Assembly: GCA_947478365.1 (NCBI GenBank)
Contig: CANJWG010000001.1
Location: 15,532-79,531, forward strand
DNA: 64,000 nucleotides
Direction: 5' to 3'
DNA from: Flavobacteriaceae bacterium
GTDB lineage: Bacteria; Bacteroidota; Bacteroidia; Flavobacteriales; Flavobacteriaceae
Below, piece by piece: positions 8,563-19,157 of this stretch (position 1 is the stretch's first letter; the number at the start of each line of letters is the position of its first letter). The notes under the pieces are model-generated. The model was not told the DNA's origin. It worked only from the letters and a program-made list of their open reading frames with translations, and searched no databases. Made by a program: the position numbers and the translations under genes.

Positions 8563-9861
8563 ATGGCTTGTCAAAGTTGTTCAACATCTGATGGTGGCGC
8601 ACCTAAAGGATGCAAAAATAATGGGACTTGCGGCACCGATAGCTGCAACAAATTAACAGTTTTTGATTGGTTGGCTAATATGAGTTTGCCCAATGGAGAA
8701 ACTGCTTTTGACTGCTTAGAAGTACGCTTCAAAAATGGAAGAAAAGAATTTTTCCGCAATACCGAAAAACTCACACTTGGTATTGGTGATGTAGTAGCTA
8801 CTGAGGCTTCTCCCGGACACGATGTTGGAATAGTGACGCTCACAGGCGAATTAGTAAAGATTCAAATGAAGAAAAAAGGGGCGAATCACACTAGCCCAGA
8901 TATCCCAAAAGTATATCGAAAAGCATCTCAAAAAGATATTGATATTTGGAGTAGTGCACGTGATAAGGAGGCAGAAATGCAGGTAAAAGCTCGTGAATTA
9001 GCGATTGTTCACAAATTAGAAATGAAAATTTCAGATGTAGAATATCAAGGTGACGGTTCGAAAGTGATTTTTTATTACACTGCCAGCGATAGAGTAGATT
9101 TTAGACTCTTAATTAAAGATTATTCTCGTGTTTTCAATACTCGAATTGAAATGAAACAGGTCGGTTTGCGTCAAGAAGCATCTCGCCTCGGCGGCATTGG
9201 TTCTTGCGGTAGAGAATTATGCTGTTCTACTTGGTTAACAGATTTCAGAAGCGTAAATACCTCGGCTGCTCGTTACCAACAACTGTCTTTAAATCCTCAA
9301 AAATTAGCAGGACAATGTGGTAAATTAAAATGCTGTTTGAACTACGAATTGGATACTTATTTAGATGCCTTAAAAGGTTTCCCAGATTTTGAAACCAAAT
9401 TAAAAACAGAAAAAGGCGATGCTATTTGTCAAAAACAAGATATTTTTAAAGGTTTAATGTGGTTTGCTTATACTGATAATTTTGCAAATTGGCATGTCTT
9501 AAATATTGAACAAGTCAAAGAAATAATTGCTGAAAACAAACAAAACAAAAAAGTAAGTTCTCTGGAAGATTTTGCAATTGAAACAGTTGCTGAACCTGAA
9601 AAAGATTTTAACAATGCTATGGGACAAGAAAGTCTTACCCGATTTGACCAGCCCAAAAAGAGCAAAAACAAAAATAGAAACAAAAATAAAAACAAGGTTT
9701 CACCCGAGGCATACGAGCGTCAGCGAACTGGCGAAGCAAAGGCGAACGGAGTGAAGCTAAATCAACACGAGCAACAAGGGAACAGGACAAATCAAAGTCA
9801 AAACCAAAAACCAGCAGACAAAAAACCTATAATCATTAAAAAGAATGAAAATAAAGAATAG
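8563..9861 (+). CDS. ricT: PSP1/RicT (YaaT) family Fe-S regulatory protein
   Basis: RVDFRLLIK, RIEMKQVG.RQE, GSCGRELCC, LAGQCGKLKCCLNYE. Confidence 0.9.
   Translation: MACQSCSTSDGGAPKGCKNNGTCGTDSCNKLTVFDWLANMSLPNGETAFDCLEVRFKNGRKEFFRNTEKLTLGIGDVVATEASPGHDVGIVTLTGELVKIQMKKKGANHTSPDIPKVYRKASQKDIDIWSSARDKEAEMQVKARELAIVHKLEMKISDVEYQGDGSKVIFYYTASDRVDFRLLIKDYSRVFNTRIEMKQVGLRQEASRLGGIGSCGRELCCSTWLTDFRSVNTSAARYQQLSLNPQKLAGQCGKLKCCLNYELDTYLDALKGFPDFETKLKTEKGDAICQKQDIFKGLMWFAYTDNFANWHVLNIEQVKEIIAENKQNKKVSSLEDFAIETVAEPEKDFNNAMGQESLTRFDQPKKSKNKNRNKNKNKVSPEAYERQRTGEAKANGVKLNQHEQQGNRTNQSQNQKPADKKPIIIKKNENKE
9722..9740 (+). repeat. AGCGAACTGGCGAAGCAAA element, copy 2 (within ricT)
   Basis: Identical to 8093-8111 but read as QRTGEAK; degenerate second unit GCGAACGGAGTGAAGC follows. 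Confidence 0.85.
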
Positions 9862-10330
9862 CATCCTTTTTATTTTAATCCTGCTTTTGTTTATTTCTTG
9901 TGACAAACGCAGCGTTTTTGACGAATATAAATCGGTTGGGAAAACTTGGCATAAAGACAGTATCGTGACTTTTGAATTGCCAAAATTGGACCCTAAAAAG
10001 TTCTTTAATTTGTATCTAAATGTTAGAGATAACGACGATTATCCATTCAATAATTTATTTCTAATTGTTTCTTTAGAACAACCCAACAGGAAGGTAAAAG
10101 TTGACACACTAGAATATCAAATGACAAATCCTGACGGAACGCTACTTGGATATGGCTTTTCGGATATTAAAGAAAGTAAGCTTTTTTACAAAACCAAAGC
10201 AAAGTTTACTCAAAAAGGAATTTATAAAATTCACATACAACAAGCAACAAGACAAACCGGAAAAATTGAAGGCGTTACCACGCTTCCGGGTATTACTGAT
10301 GTTGGCTTTAGAATAGAATCTATAGAATAA
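9845..10330 (+). CDS. gldH: Gliding motility lipoprotein GldH
   Basis: Lipobox FISC, YPFNNLFLIV, DTLEYQM..PDG.LLG.G; downstream of PSP1/ricT as in Flavobacteria. Confidence 0.92.
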   Translation: MKIKNSILFILILLLFISCDKRSVFDEYKSVGKTWHKDSIVTFELPKLDPKKFFNLYLNVRDNDDYPFNNLFLIVSLEQPNRKVKVDTLEYQMTNPDGTLLGYGFSDIKESKLFYKTKAKFTQKGIYKIHIQQATRQTGKIEGVTTLPGITDVGFRIESIE

Positions 10331-10334
10331 AATT

Positions 10335-12644
10335 ATGGCTCAAAAAAATAACACTCAGGTCAAAGACATTAACTATTACAAAAAGAAATTTTGGAAGTTA
10401 TTCTTTTACGGTCTTGGAGTAATGGCTTTGTTTTTCACTTTGGCTTCTTGGGGATTTTTTGGTAGCATGCCTTCTTTTGAAGATCTAGAAAATCCAGAAT
10501 CTAATTTAGCTACTGAGGTTTTTGCTTGTGATGGTGTTACTTTGGGGAAATTTTACAACGAAAACAGAACGCCAATAAAATATGAAGATTTACCGCAAAG
10601 TTTGGTCAAAGCTTTAGTCGCTACTGAAGATGAGCGTTTTTATGAACATTCCGGAATTGATGCCCGAAGAACTTTTGGAGCCGCATTAAAGTTAGGAGCA
10701 AATGGAGGGGCTAGCACCTTAACGCAACAATTGGCCAAATTATTATTCCATGGCGAAGGCTCAACATTTAAACTTTTCCGTGTTATTCAAAAAGTAAAAG
10801 AATGGATTATTGCGGTTAAATTAGAACGTCAATATACCAAAAATGAAATCATTGCAATGTATCTGAACAAAGCGGATTTTGTGAATACGGCTGTTGGAAT
10901 TCGATCAGCTTCAAAAGTATATTTCGGAAAAGAACCCCGCGATTTGACGATAGACGAAGGGGCAATGTTTGTTGGAATGCTTAAAAATCCATCTTATTTT
11001 AATCCTTTACGTCGAATGAAACAAGTTCGCTCCAGACGAAATACGGTTTTAGGTCAAATGGTTAGAAACGGTATTCTGGATAAAACTACCAAAGATAAAT
11101 TGGCTGCGCAACCTATCGTTTTGCATTTTCATCCTGAAAGTCACAAAGAAGGAACGGCAACTTATTTTAGAGAATTCCTTCGCGAATACATGAAAAATTG
11201 GGTAAAAGAAAATAAAAAACCAGACGGAAGTGATTGGGATATTTATAGTGATGGTTTAAAAATCTACACAACTATAGATTCAAAGATTCAGCAACATGCC
11301 GAAGAGGCCGTTGCAGCGCACATGAAAAATTTGCAAAAAGAATTCTTTGCTCAACAAAAAGATAATAAGAACGCTCCGTTTTTAAAAATTACTCCGGAAG
11401 AAACAAAAATAATCATGGAAAAAGCCATGAAATCATCAGAGCGTTGGAGAATCATGAGGGAAGATGACAAATCTGATGAAGAAATTATTGCCTCTTTTGG
11501 TGTCAAAACAAAAATGAAAATCTTTTCTTGGAATGGTGAAATTGATACATTAATGACCCCAACAGATTCTATAAGATATTACAAACATTTTCTTCAAACT
11601 GGGGTAATGTCGATGGAACCAAAAACTGGACATATCAAAGCTTGGGTGGGAGGAATTGACTATAAATATTTTCAATACGACCACGTTGGACAGGGCGCAC
11701 GACAAGTAGGGTCTACTTTTAAGCCTTTTGTTTACGCCACTGCAATCGAACAATTAGGGATGTCACCATGTGATTCGATAATAGATTCACCATTTACCAT
11801 TCCGGTAGGAAGACACCACGTCACTGAAGACTGGACGCCAAAAAACTCTGATAACAAGTATCGTGGAATGGTTACGCTTAAAAAAGCATTGGCCAATTCT
11901 ATCAACACAGTTTCAGCAAAACTGATGGACAAAGTAGGGCCAGAAGCAGTAGTTGCCTTAACCAAAAAATTAGGGGTCAAATCAGATATTCCTGTGCAGC
12001 CTTCTATTGCGCTGGGAGCCGTTGAAATTACGGTAGAAGACATGGTTGCCGCTTACAGCACTTTTGCTAATCAAGGTGTATATATCAAACCACAATTTAT
12101 TAGCAGAATTGAAGATAAAAATGGGGTAATATTATATGAACCAAAAATGGATTCTCATGATGTTTTGAATAAAGACATCGCTTATGCCGTAATAAAACTT
12201 TTAGAAGGTGTTACCGAGGAAGGTTCCGGAGTGCGTCTAAGAACTCAAGGCGGAGGAAGTGGCGATAATCGTTGGACAGGTTATCCGTACATGTTTACGA
12301 ATCCGATTGCCGGAAAAACAGGAACATCTCAAAACCAATCGGATGGATGGTTTATTGGAATGGTCCCCAATTTGGTTACAGGAGTTTGGGTAGGCTGCGA
12401 AGATCGTTCGGCTCGTTTCAAAGGAATCACTTATGGTCAGGGCGCAACGGCAGCATTACCAATTTGGGGATATATGATGAAAAAATGTTACGAAGATAAA
12501 GATTTACTGATTTCAAAAGATCCGTTTGAAAGACCTGATAATTTATCGATAAAAGTAGACTGCTGGTCGCCAAGAAAAGTAGAAACCGATTCGACTGCAC
12601 TTCCGCCGGAACAAGAACAAAACACAGAAGAGTTTGGATTATAA
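10335..12644 (+). CDS. Class A penicillin-binding protein (PBP1A)
   Basis: TEDERF, GASTLTQQLAK transglycosylase motifs; STFK, SIN, KTG transpeptidase motifs. Confidence 0.95.
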   Translation: MAQKNNTQVKDINYYKKKFWKLFFYGLGVMALFFTLASWGFFGSMPSFEDLENPESNLATEVFACDGVTLGKFYNENRTPIKYEDLPQSLVKALVATEDERFYEHSGIDARRTFGAALKLGANGGASTLTQQLAKLLFHGEGSTFKLFRVIQKVKEWIIAVKLERQYTKNEIIAMYLNKADFVNTAVGIRSASKVYFGKEPRDLTIDEGAMFVGMLKNPSYFNPLRRMKQVRSRRNTVLGQMVRNGILDKTTKDKLAAQPIVLHFHPESHKEGTATYFREFLREYMKNWVKENKKPDGSDWDIYSDGLKIYTTIDSKIQQHAEEAVAAHMKNLQKEFFAQQKDNKNAPFLKITPEETKIIMEKAMKSSERWRIMREDDKSDEEIIASFGVKTKMKIFSWNGEIDTLMTPTDSIRYYKHFLQTGVMSMEPKTGHIKAWVGGIDYKYFQYDHVGQGARQVGSTFKPFVYATAIEQLGMSPCDSIIDSPFTIPVGRHHVTEDWTPKNSDNKYRGMVTLKKALANSINTVSAKLMDKVGPEAVVALTKKLGVKSDIPVQPSIALGAVEITVEDMVAAYSTFANQGVYIKPQFISRIEDKNGVILYEPKMDSHDVLNKDIAYAVIKLLEGVTEEGSGVRLRTQGGGSGDNRWTGYPYMFTNPIAGKTGTSQNQSDGWFIGMVPNLVTGVWVGCEDRSARFKGITYGQGATAALPIWGYMMKKCYEDKDLLISKDPFERPDNLSIKVDCWSPRKVETDSTALPPEQEQNTEEFGL

Positions 12645-12660
12645 TAGTTGCCAATAAATC

Positions 12661-13362
12661 ATGATTAACAAAAAAGTGAATTCCGTTCAAGAGGCACTTC
12701 AAGGCATTGAAGACAATATGACCATCATGCTAGGCGGCTTTGGTCTTTGTGGCATTCCCGAAAACAGTATTGCTGAATTAGTAAAAAAAGAAACCACCGG
12801 ATTAACCTGTATTTCCAACAATGCCGGTGTCGATGATTTTGGTCTGGGATTACTTTTACACAAAAGGCAAATCAAAAAAATGATTTCTTCCTATGTTGGC
12901 GAAAATGCCGAATTCGAAAGTCAGATGCTTTCAGGAGAATTAGATGTTGAACTTACACCGCAAGGAACGTTAGCCGAAAAATGCCGTGCCGCTCAAGCCG
13001 GAATTCCAGCTTTTTTCACACCGGCCGGTTTTGGAACAGAAGTAGCCGAAGGAAAAGAAACGCGTGAATTCAATGGGAAAATGCATATAATGGAATTGGC
13101 TTATAAAGCTGATTTCTCCATCGTAAAAGCCTGGAAAGGCGATGAAGCCGGAAATCTGATTTTTAAAGGAACAGCACGAAACTTTAATGCGTGCATGGCA
13201 GGTGCTGCTAAAATTACCATTGCCGAAGTAGAAGAATTATTACCTGTTGGTTCATTAGATCCAAATCAAATACACATCCCGGGAATATTGGTGCAACGCA
13301 TTTTCAAAGGAGAAAAATTTGAAAAAAGAATTGAGCAACGAACTGTTAGAAAAAGAAGCTAG
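12661..13362 (+). CDS. scoA: 3-oxoacid CoA-transferase subunit A
   Basis: [23 protein letters not shown] motifs. Confidence 0.93.
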   Translation: MINKKVNSVQEALQGIEDNMTIMLGGFGLCGIPENSIAELVKKETTGLTCISNNAGVDDFGLGLLLHKRQIKKMISSYVGENAEFESQMLSGELDVELTPQGTLAEKCRAAQAGIPAFFTPAGFGTEVAEGKETREFNGKMHIMELAYKADFSIVKAWKGDEAGNLIFKGTARNFNACMAGAAKITIAEVEELLPVGSLDPNQIHIPGILVQRIFKGEKFEKRIEQRTVRKRS

Positions 13363-13364
13363 TC

Positions 13365-14021
13365 ATGTTAGGAAAAGAAGAAATCGCTAAACGAATAGCA
13401 AAGGAAGTAAAAGACCGCTATTATGTAAATTTAGGAATCGGAATTCCAACTTTGGTGGCTAATTATGTACGTACTGATATTTCCGTAGAATTTCAAAGTG
13501 AAAATGGCGTTCTCGGAATGGGGCCATTCCCATTTGAAGGAGAAGAAGATGCCGATATTATCAATGCCGGAAAACAAACTATAACAACATTACCTGGAGC
13601 CAGTTTTTTCGACTCTGCTTTTAGTTTCGGAATGATTCGCAGCCAAAAAGTTGATCTAACAATCCTTGGTGCTATGGAAGTTGCCGAAAACGGCGATATC
13701 GCTAACTGGAAAATTCCTGGGAAAATGGTCAAAGGAATGGGCGGCGCAATGGATTTAGTAGCATCTGCCGAAAACATTATCGTAGCCATGATGCACGTGA
13801 ACAAAGCCGGCGAAAGTAAAATCCTGAAAAAATGTACGCTACCGTTAACAGGTGTTGGCTGTGTTAAAAAAGTCGTTACTGAACTTGCTGTTTTAGAAAT
13901 AACACCAAAAGGATTCAAACTTTTAGAACGCGCGCCAGGGGTAACTGTAGAGCATATCATTGCTTCAACTGAGGCAAACTTAATCATTGATGGCGAAATT
14001 CCGGAGATGGTTATTGACTAG
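13365..14021 (+). CDS. scoB: 3-oxoacid CoA-transferase subunit B
   Basis: NLGIGIP, QSENG (catalytic Glu), GMGGAMDL. Confidence 0.93.
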   Translation: MLGKEEIAKRIAKEVKDRYYVNLGIGIPTLVANYVRTDISVEFQSENGVLGMGPFPFEGEEDADIINAGKQTITTLPGASFFDSAFSFGMIRSQKVDLTILGAMEVAENGDIANWKIPGKMVKGMGGAMDLVASAENIIVAMMHVNKAGESKILKKCTLPLTGVGCVKKVVTELAVLEITPKGFKLLERAPGVTVEHIIASTEANLIIDGEIPEMVID

Positions 14022-14024
14022 TTT

Positions 14025-14122
14025 TTTGTCATTCCGACGAAGGAGGAATCTCATGAAGTGATTAAGATAATGTAATTTAGCTCCGCTCAACCTAAAGGTG
14101 TCTCCTTCGTCGAAATGACAAA
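14025..14122. repeat. REPIN-like inverted pair of GTCATT REP units with a 23-nt nested insertion
   Basis: TTTGTCATTCCGACGAAGGAGGAATCTC...TCTCCTTCGTCGAAATGACAAA; homologous to 61053-61130. Confidence 0.85.
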
Positions 14123-14129
14123 GCAATCA

Positions 14130-14522
14130 CTATTTACTCACCAAATAATCAAGTAAAATTTCATTAGCATTCCCGAAAGTATTCACTTTTTCAGTGATGC
14201 TAACTGCTCTTTTTTTATTCAGTTTATAAGTTAAATCAAACTCTATCGTAAACAATATTGCCGACAAGAATGGATTATTGATATAGGCGATCAACTTGTC
14301 GCGTGCATTATCAATAGTATGAATTTCTATTACTTCTTCCTGCTGGAATTTGTATTTAAGTTCCAGTTTTAAAATGCCTTCTTCTACAATTGGTCGAACA
14401 TAAATATTCATCAAATCGGTGTTCCCAATAGTTTTTGCTAGTGTTAATTTAGCAAAAGTTCCATCAGCTAAACTGGCTTTAACATTGTTATAAAAATCGG
14501 TGAAGGTTTCAGTAAAAGGCAT
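14130..14522 (-). CDS. Hypothetical protein
   Basis: 130-aa ORF directly after the SpmAB gene; FAKLTLAK..LMNIYVR motif. Confidence 0.75.
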   Translation of the reverse strand: MPFTETFTDFYNNVKASLADGTFAKLTLAKTIGNTDLMNIYVRPIVEEGILKLELKYKFQQEEVIEIHTIDNARDKLIAYINNPFLSAILFTIEFDLTYKLNKKRAVSITEKVNTFGNANEILLDYLVSK

Positions 14523-14541
14523 TGAAATTACTATTTATATT

Positions 14542-15981
14542 CTAAAAAAACCAACTCGCCACAAAAATCGCGGTAATCACGCAAACCAAATCCACCAAAA
14601 GCATCGTTCCAAGCGTATAGCGCGTGTTTTTAACATTGATACTTCCGAAGTAAACCGCAATTACATAAAAGGTAGTCTCAGCACTACATTGGAAAATACA
14701 ACTCAGTCTTCCTGTAAAAGAATCGGGGCCGAACATTTTCATAGAATCTATCATAAATCCTCGAGATCCACCGGAACTAAAAGGACGCAAAATAGCTACT
14801 GGTAACGAATCTGTGATTTGCTTGCTAACCCCAATATTGGAAAACGCAAAAGAGATTCCGTTGCTAATAATTTCAAACAAACCACTATTTCTAAAAAAGG
14901 AAATGGCAACCAACATTCCCATTACGTAGGGAAATATCTTAACTCCGGTTTGTAAACCATTATTGGCTCCTGTGACAAAAGCATCAAAAATAGTCGTGTT
15001 TTTTTCAACAAATTTCTTCTCGTGGATAAAAGAAAATATCAGTGTAAAACCAATTATCGCGACAAGCATTAAGCCTGAAAGATTGGAAGTAAAAGCATTT
15101 TTCCCTATTAAATCTAATCCATTTACATAAAAAAGTAATCCCGCAATTACTCCAATCATCGTCATCAATACCACTACTAAAGAAGCACTTTTAAAGTTTA
15201 TTTTTTGTCGGATTCCAACAATTAAAAATGCTGCAATCGTTCCAATAAATGAGGTAATAATACAAGGTAACATCACATCAGCAGGATTACTTGCATTTTC
15301 GGCAGCACGATATCCAATAATTGAAGTTGGAATCAATGTTAATCCTGCTGCATGCAGACACATAAACATAATTTGGGCATCGCTAGCTTTGTCTTTTTCG
15401 GGATTGATTTCTTGTAAACTCTGCATGGCTTTTAATCCAAAAGGGGTTGCGGCTGAATCTAATCCCAAAAAGTTAGCGGCAAAATTCAAAGTCATATACG
15501 ATATTGATTCGTGATTTTTTGGGACTGTTGGAAAGACTTTGACAAAAACTGGGCTTAGTTTTTTGGCCAATTTTTCAGAAGCTCCTGAGTCAATCAGCAA
15601 CTGCATTAATCCGCAGAAAAATGCCAAATAGGCAATTAGCGGCAGAATTAAATCAAGTAGACTGTTTTTGCATGTTGGGAGCAATCCATCCGATTTTTGA
15701 ACACCTGAATAAATTTTAACAGTCTTTGCTTTATAAATATAGGTGGTGTCTGCGTTTAGCGTATCTCTATCGATAATAATGGTTTGTTCTGGCGCATTTT
15801 TGATGCTATCCATGATAAATTTTGGGACTTGTTCCAAATATTTTTCAGAAATTAAAATGGGATCATCTTTTTTCCCATTCAAAACATTATCAATAGTATA
15901 GCTGTTTCCAATACTCAAACTAACTATAACAAATGCTATAGATGAAACAAAAATAGCCAGCCAAAATCTACTTAAAACCAT
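14542..15981 (-). CDS. SpmA/SpmB fused nucleoside-recognition (Gate) membrane protein
   Basis: ANFLGLDSAATPFGLKAM, RPFSSGGS, ETTFYVIAVYFGS motifs. Confidence 0.9.
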   Translation of the reverse strand: MVLSRFWLAIFVSSIAFVIVSLSIGNSYTIDNVLNGKKDDPILISEKYLEQVPKFIMDSIKNAPEQTIIIDRDTLNADTTYIYKAKTVKIYSGVQKSDGLLPTCKNSLLDLILPLIAYLAFFCGLMQLLIDSGASEKLAKKLSPVFVKVFPTVPKNHESISYMTLNFAANFLGLDSAATPFGLKAMQSLQEINPEKDKASDAQIMFMCLHAAGLTLIPTSIIGYRAAENASNPADVMLPCIITSFIGTIAAFLIVGIRQKINFKSASLVVVLMTMIGVIAGLLFYVNGLDLIGKNAFTSNLSGLMLVAIIGFTLIFSFIHEKKFVEKNTTIFDAFVTGANNGLQTGVKIFPYVMGMLVAISFFRNSGLFEIISNGISFAFSNIGVSKQITDSLPVAILRPFSSGGSRGFMIDSMKMFGPDSFTGRLSCIFQCSAETTFYVIAVYFGSINVKNTRYTLGTMLLVDLVCVITAIFVASWFF

Positions 15982-16176
15982 ATCATGTTTTTTTGTAAAT
16001 ATAGCATTTATCGATTTTGAATTAAAAAATTAAAATCGATTTTTATTTTAAACTTTTATGAAGTGCTAAACAAAATATAAATTTTGTTGAATATATGTTA
16101 ATAAAATACGTAATTTATTTTAGTGTATATATATTTGCTAACTTGTAAATACAAATTATTCATTTCTGTAAAATTT

Positions 16177-19122
16177 ATGAAAAAGAATTACTACTTAATA
16201 TTGGCATTTTTATTCGTTTCGTTTAGCTTTTATGGTCAATCACAGGCGGATATCAAAAAAATTATTGCTAACTATGATTTAGAAAAGCTTAATAAAATGG
16301 AAGCTTTTTATAGAAAAAAAGCGCATGAAGAAAAAGAGAAAGCAGTAGCAGTGGCTAAGACTAAAAACTGGCCAATCTATACTATAAAAGATGATGGAAG
16401 GATATCTGAATTGATGAGACTTTCTCCAGAAGGTTTGCCTATTTATTATACAACTAATAATGTCGCTGCGGCAAAATCAACCAGAGTAAATCATTTAAAT
16501 ACTGCTGGTTCTCTTGGATTAAACTTAAATGGACAAGGAATGACTGTTAGAGTTTGGGATGGTGGAAATGTAAGAACGACTCATAATGCTTTTGGAGGAA
16601 GAGCAATAATAATTGATGATCCATCTAATACTAATACTGTTCAGCATGCAACACACGTAACTGGAACTATGGTGGCAAGTGCGAATCCGGCTTCAGTTAA
16701 AGGAATGGCCTATCAAGCAAATGCAAGAACATTTAATTGGACAGATGATGACTCTGAAGTAATTTCAGAAGCGCAACTTGGAATGTTGATTTCTAATCAC
16801 TCCTATGGAGTGCCTATTAATGATGGTGCTGGCAACATATTACCTGGTACATATATTGGTTTATATGATGGAGAAGCTCAATTATGGGATGATATTGCTT
16901 ATAATGCCCCCTATTATCTTGCTGTAATGTCTGCAGGAAATGATGGTACAAATACAGATAATTCCGAACCAATTTTGTTTGGATATGATAAATTAGTTGG
17001 TAATAAAACCGCTAAAAACAATTTGGTTGTTGCCAGTTGTGCAGATGTTATTGTTGCAACTAACGGAACTGTTTTACCCTCAAATATTAATATTAGTTCT
17101 TTTAGCAGTCAAGGTCCAACTGACGATTTAAGAATTAAACCAGATATTACTGGAAATGGAGAAAACTTAACTTCAACAAATAATACAAGTAATACATCTA
17201 CAACAACAATGTCTGGAACTTCGATGGCTTCACCAAATGTTGCAGGAAGTTTAATTTTATTACAACAACATTACAAAAATCTATCCAATAACTTTATGAG
17301 AGCTTCAACATTAAAAGGACTGGCTTGTCATACAGCAGATGATGGAGGGTTAACTGGCCCTGATGCAAAATTTGGTTGGGGATTATTAAATTGCAAAAAA
17401 GCAGCAGAGACTCTTACAAATAATGGTTTAACATCATGGGTGTCTGAAGAAAGTTTAAGTAATAATCAAACTTTTACAATGACTGTAAACTCAAGCGGAA
17501 CTACCCCTTTGATTGCATCAATTACATGGACAGATTTACCTGGACAAATTTTCAATAGTGGAACAGCTAATGATCCAACTCCAGCACTAGTAAATGATTT
17601 AGATATAAGAATAACAAGAAATGGCACTACTTATTATCCATGGAAACTTACTTCTTCACCAAACAATCCGGCTATTAGAACTGAAGATAATAATGTGGAT
17701 AATATTGAACAAATAAAAGTAGATGCTCCTGCTGCTGGTCAATACACCATAACCATTAATCACAAGGGAACTTTAGTGACTGGAAGTCAAAAATATTCTT
17801 TAGTAATAACTGGCATTTCTTCTTCATTTGCTTTAAATTCTAATTCTGACAACTTAACAGTTTGTTCAAATCAAAATGCTGTTTATACTTTTAACTACAC
17901 TCAATCAGGAACTGAAACGACAGCATTTTCTGCAGTTGATTTACCTACTGGTGCAGTTGCAAATTTTTCACCCGCTTCTTTAAGTGCTAATGGCATCGTT
18001 ACCATGACTGTATCTGGTTTGTCAAATATAATCCCAGGAGAATATTTTGTAGGGATAAAAGGCACGAGTGCTACTGAGACTGAAACTAGATATAAATCTT
18101 TAAGAGTATTTAACGGAATTTTCCAACCTGTGGTTTTACAAAGTCCATCTAATGCACAAAATGGATTATCAACTACTACTATTTTAGCATGGAATAATCA
18201 AACAAATGCTCTGACATATCGCCTTCAAGTTTCTTTATTTCCTGATTTTTCTACTTTGTTTTTAACTCAACAAGTAATTGGCACTAAATTCACTGTGTCT
18301 GGATTGTCTCAAGCAACTAGATATTATTGGAGAGTAATTCCGGAGAATAATTGTGGAACCGCCAACCAAAATGATGCTAATGTATTCTCATTTGTTACTG
18401 GAAGTTTAGTTTGTAATTTAAATTTTGCTGCTACTGATTATTCTAATGCAGTTATTGATGTTATTCCAAACTCAACAGCTTTTGTGCCTTTAACTATTAC
18501 TGGTGGATATTCTATTGGAGATATTAATGTAAACGTAGATATAACTCATACTTGGATAGGAGACATAACTGTATCACTTCAAGGCCCAGCTTCTATTGGA
18601 AGTCCTATAATTACTTTATTAGATATACCGTGCGGAAATAATCAAAACATTAATTGTAATATGGATGATGATGGAGGTTTTGCTCCATGTTCAGGTATTC
18701 CAGCAATAAGCGGTTCCATTATTCCTGTTGATAATTTATCTTCTTTAAATGCTTTGCCTGCTGATGGTGAATGGATTTTAAGAGTTTTAGATCATAATAA
18801 TGAAGACGGTGGTACAATTAATAACTTTAGTATTGATTTATGTAGGGTTGAAGCTGCATTAGGAATTGGAACAAACCCAATTACGAATAGTAGCATTTAT
18901 CCAAACCCCACTAAAGGAATTGTAAATGTTGCTATTCCTGCATTAACTGACAAAGCAATCATAAATTTATTTGACATACAAGGAAGAATAATTCTGTCAA
19001 AAGAAACTAATCAAGTGAATACTTCATTTGGAATTGAAAATCTTCAAGATGGGATTTACCTAATTAATATAGAAAATGATTTAGGCTCAGTAACTAAAAA
19101 AATAGTGTTGAGAAAAAACTAA
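16177..19122 (+). CDS. S8 (subtilisin-like) serine peptidase with FN3-like, proprotein-convertase P and T9SS type A sorting domains
   Basis: Catalytic triad motifs VWDGG, HATHVTG, GTSMASP; HTWIGD P-domain; IYPNP..GIY..KKIV CTD; -7 TATATTTG 16130-16137 supports ATG 16177. Confidence 0.92.
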   Translation: MKKNYYLILAFLFVSFSFYGQSQADIKKIIANYDLEKLNKMEAFYRKKAHEEKEKAVAVAKTKNWPIYTIKDDGRISELMRLSPEGLPIYYTTNNVAAAKSTRVNHLNTAGSLGLNLNGQGMTVRVWDGGNVRTTHNAFGGRAIIIDDPSNTNTVQHATHVTGTMVASANPASVKGMAYQANARTFNWTDDDSEVISEAQLGMLISNHSYGVPINDGAGNILPGTYIGLYDGEAQLWDDIAYNAPYYLAVMSAGNDGTNTDNSEPILFGYDKLVGNKTAKNNLVVASCADVIVATNGTVLPSNINISSFSSQGPTDDLRIKPDITGNGENLTSTNNTSNTSTTTMSGTSMASPNVAGSLILLQQHYKNLSNNFMRASTLKGLACHTADDGGLTGPDAKFGWGLLNCKKAAETLTNNGLTSWVSEESLSNNQTFTMTVNSSGTTPLIASITWTDLPGQIFNSGTANDPTPALVNDLDIRITRNGTTYYPWKLTSSPNNPAIRTEDNNVDNIEQIKVDAPAAGQYTITINHKGTLVTGSQKYSLVITGISSSFALNSNSDNLTVCSNQNAVYTFNYTQSGTETTAFSAVDLPTGAVANFSPASLSANGIVTMTVSGLSNIIPGEYFVGIKGTSATETETRYKSLRVFNGIFQPVVLQSPSNAQNGLSTTTILAWNNQTNALTYRLQVSLFPDFSTLFLTQQVIGTKFTVSGLSQATRYYWRVIPENNCGTANQNDANVFSFVTGSLVCNLNFAATDYSNAVIDVIPNSTAFVPLTITGGYSIGDINVNVDITHTWIGDITVSLQGPASIGSPIITLLDIPCGNNQNINCNMDDDGGFAPCSGIPAISGSIIPVDNLSSLNALPADGEWILRVLDHNNEDGGTINNFSIDLCRVEAALGIGTNPITNSSIYPNPTKGIVNVAIPALTDKAIINLFDIQGRIILSKETNQVNTSFGIENLQDGIYLINIENDLGSVTKKIVLRKN

Positions 19123-19129
19123 GAAAATC

Positions 19130-19157
19130 AAAAAAGCTTCCAATTGGAAGCTTTTTT
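19130..19157. terminator. Bidirectional intrinsic terminator
   Basis: AAAAAAGCTTCCAATTGGAAGCTTTTTT between convergent genes. Confidence 0.85.

Noticed and set aside
9656-9696. AAAAAC/AAAAAT hexamer run in ricT (KNKNRNKNKNK)
   Set aside because: Ordinary low-complexity basic tail with the frame intact.
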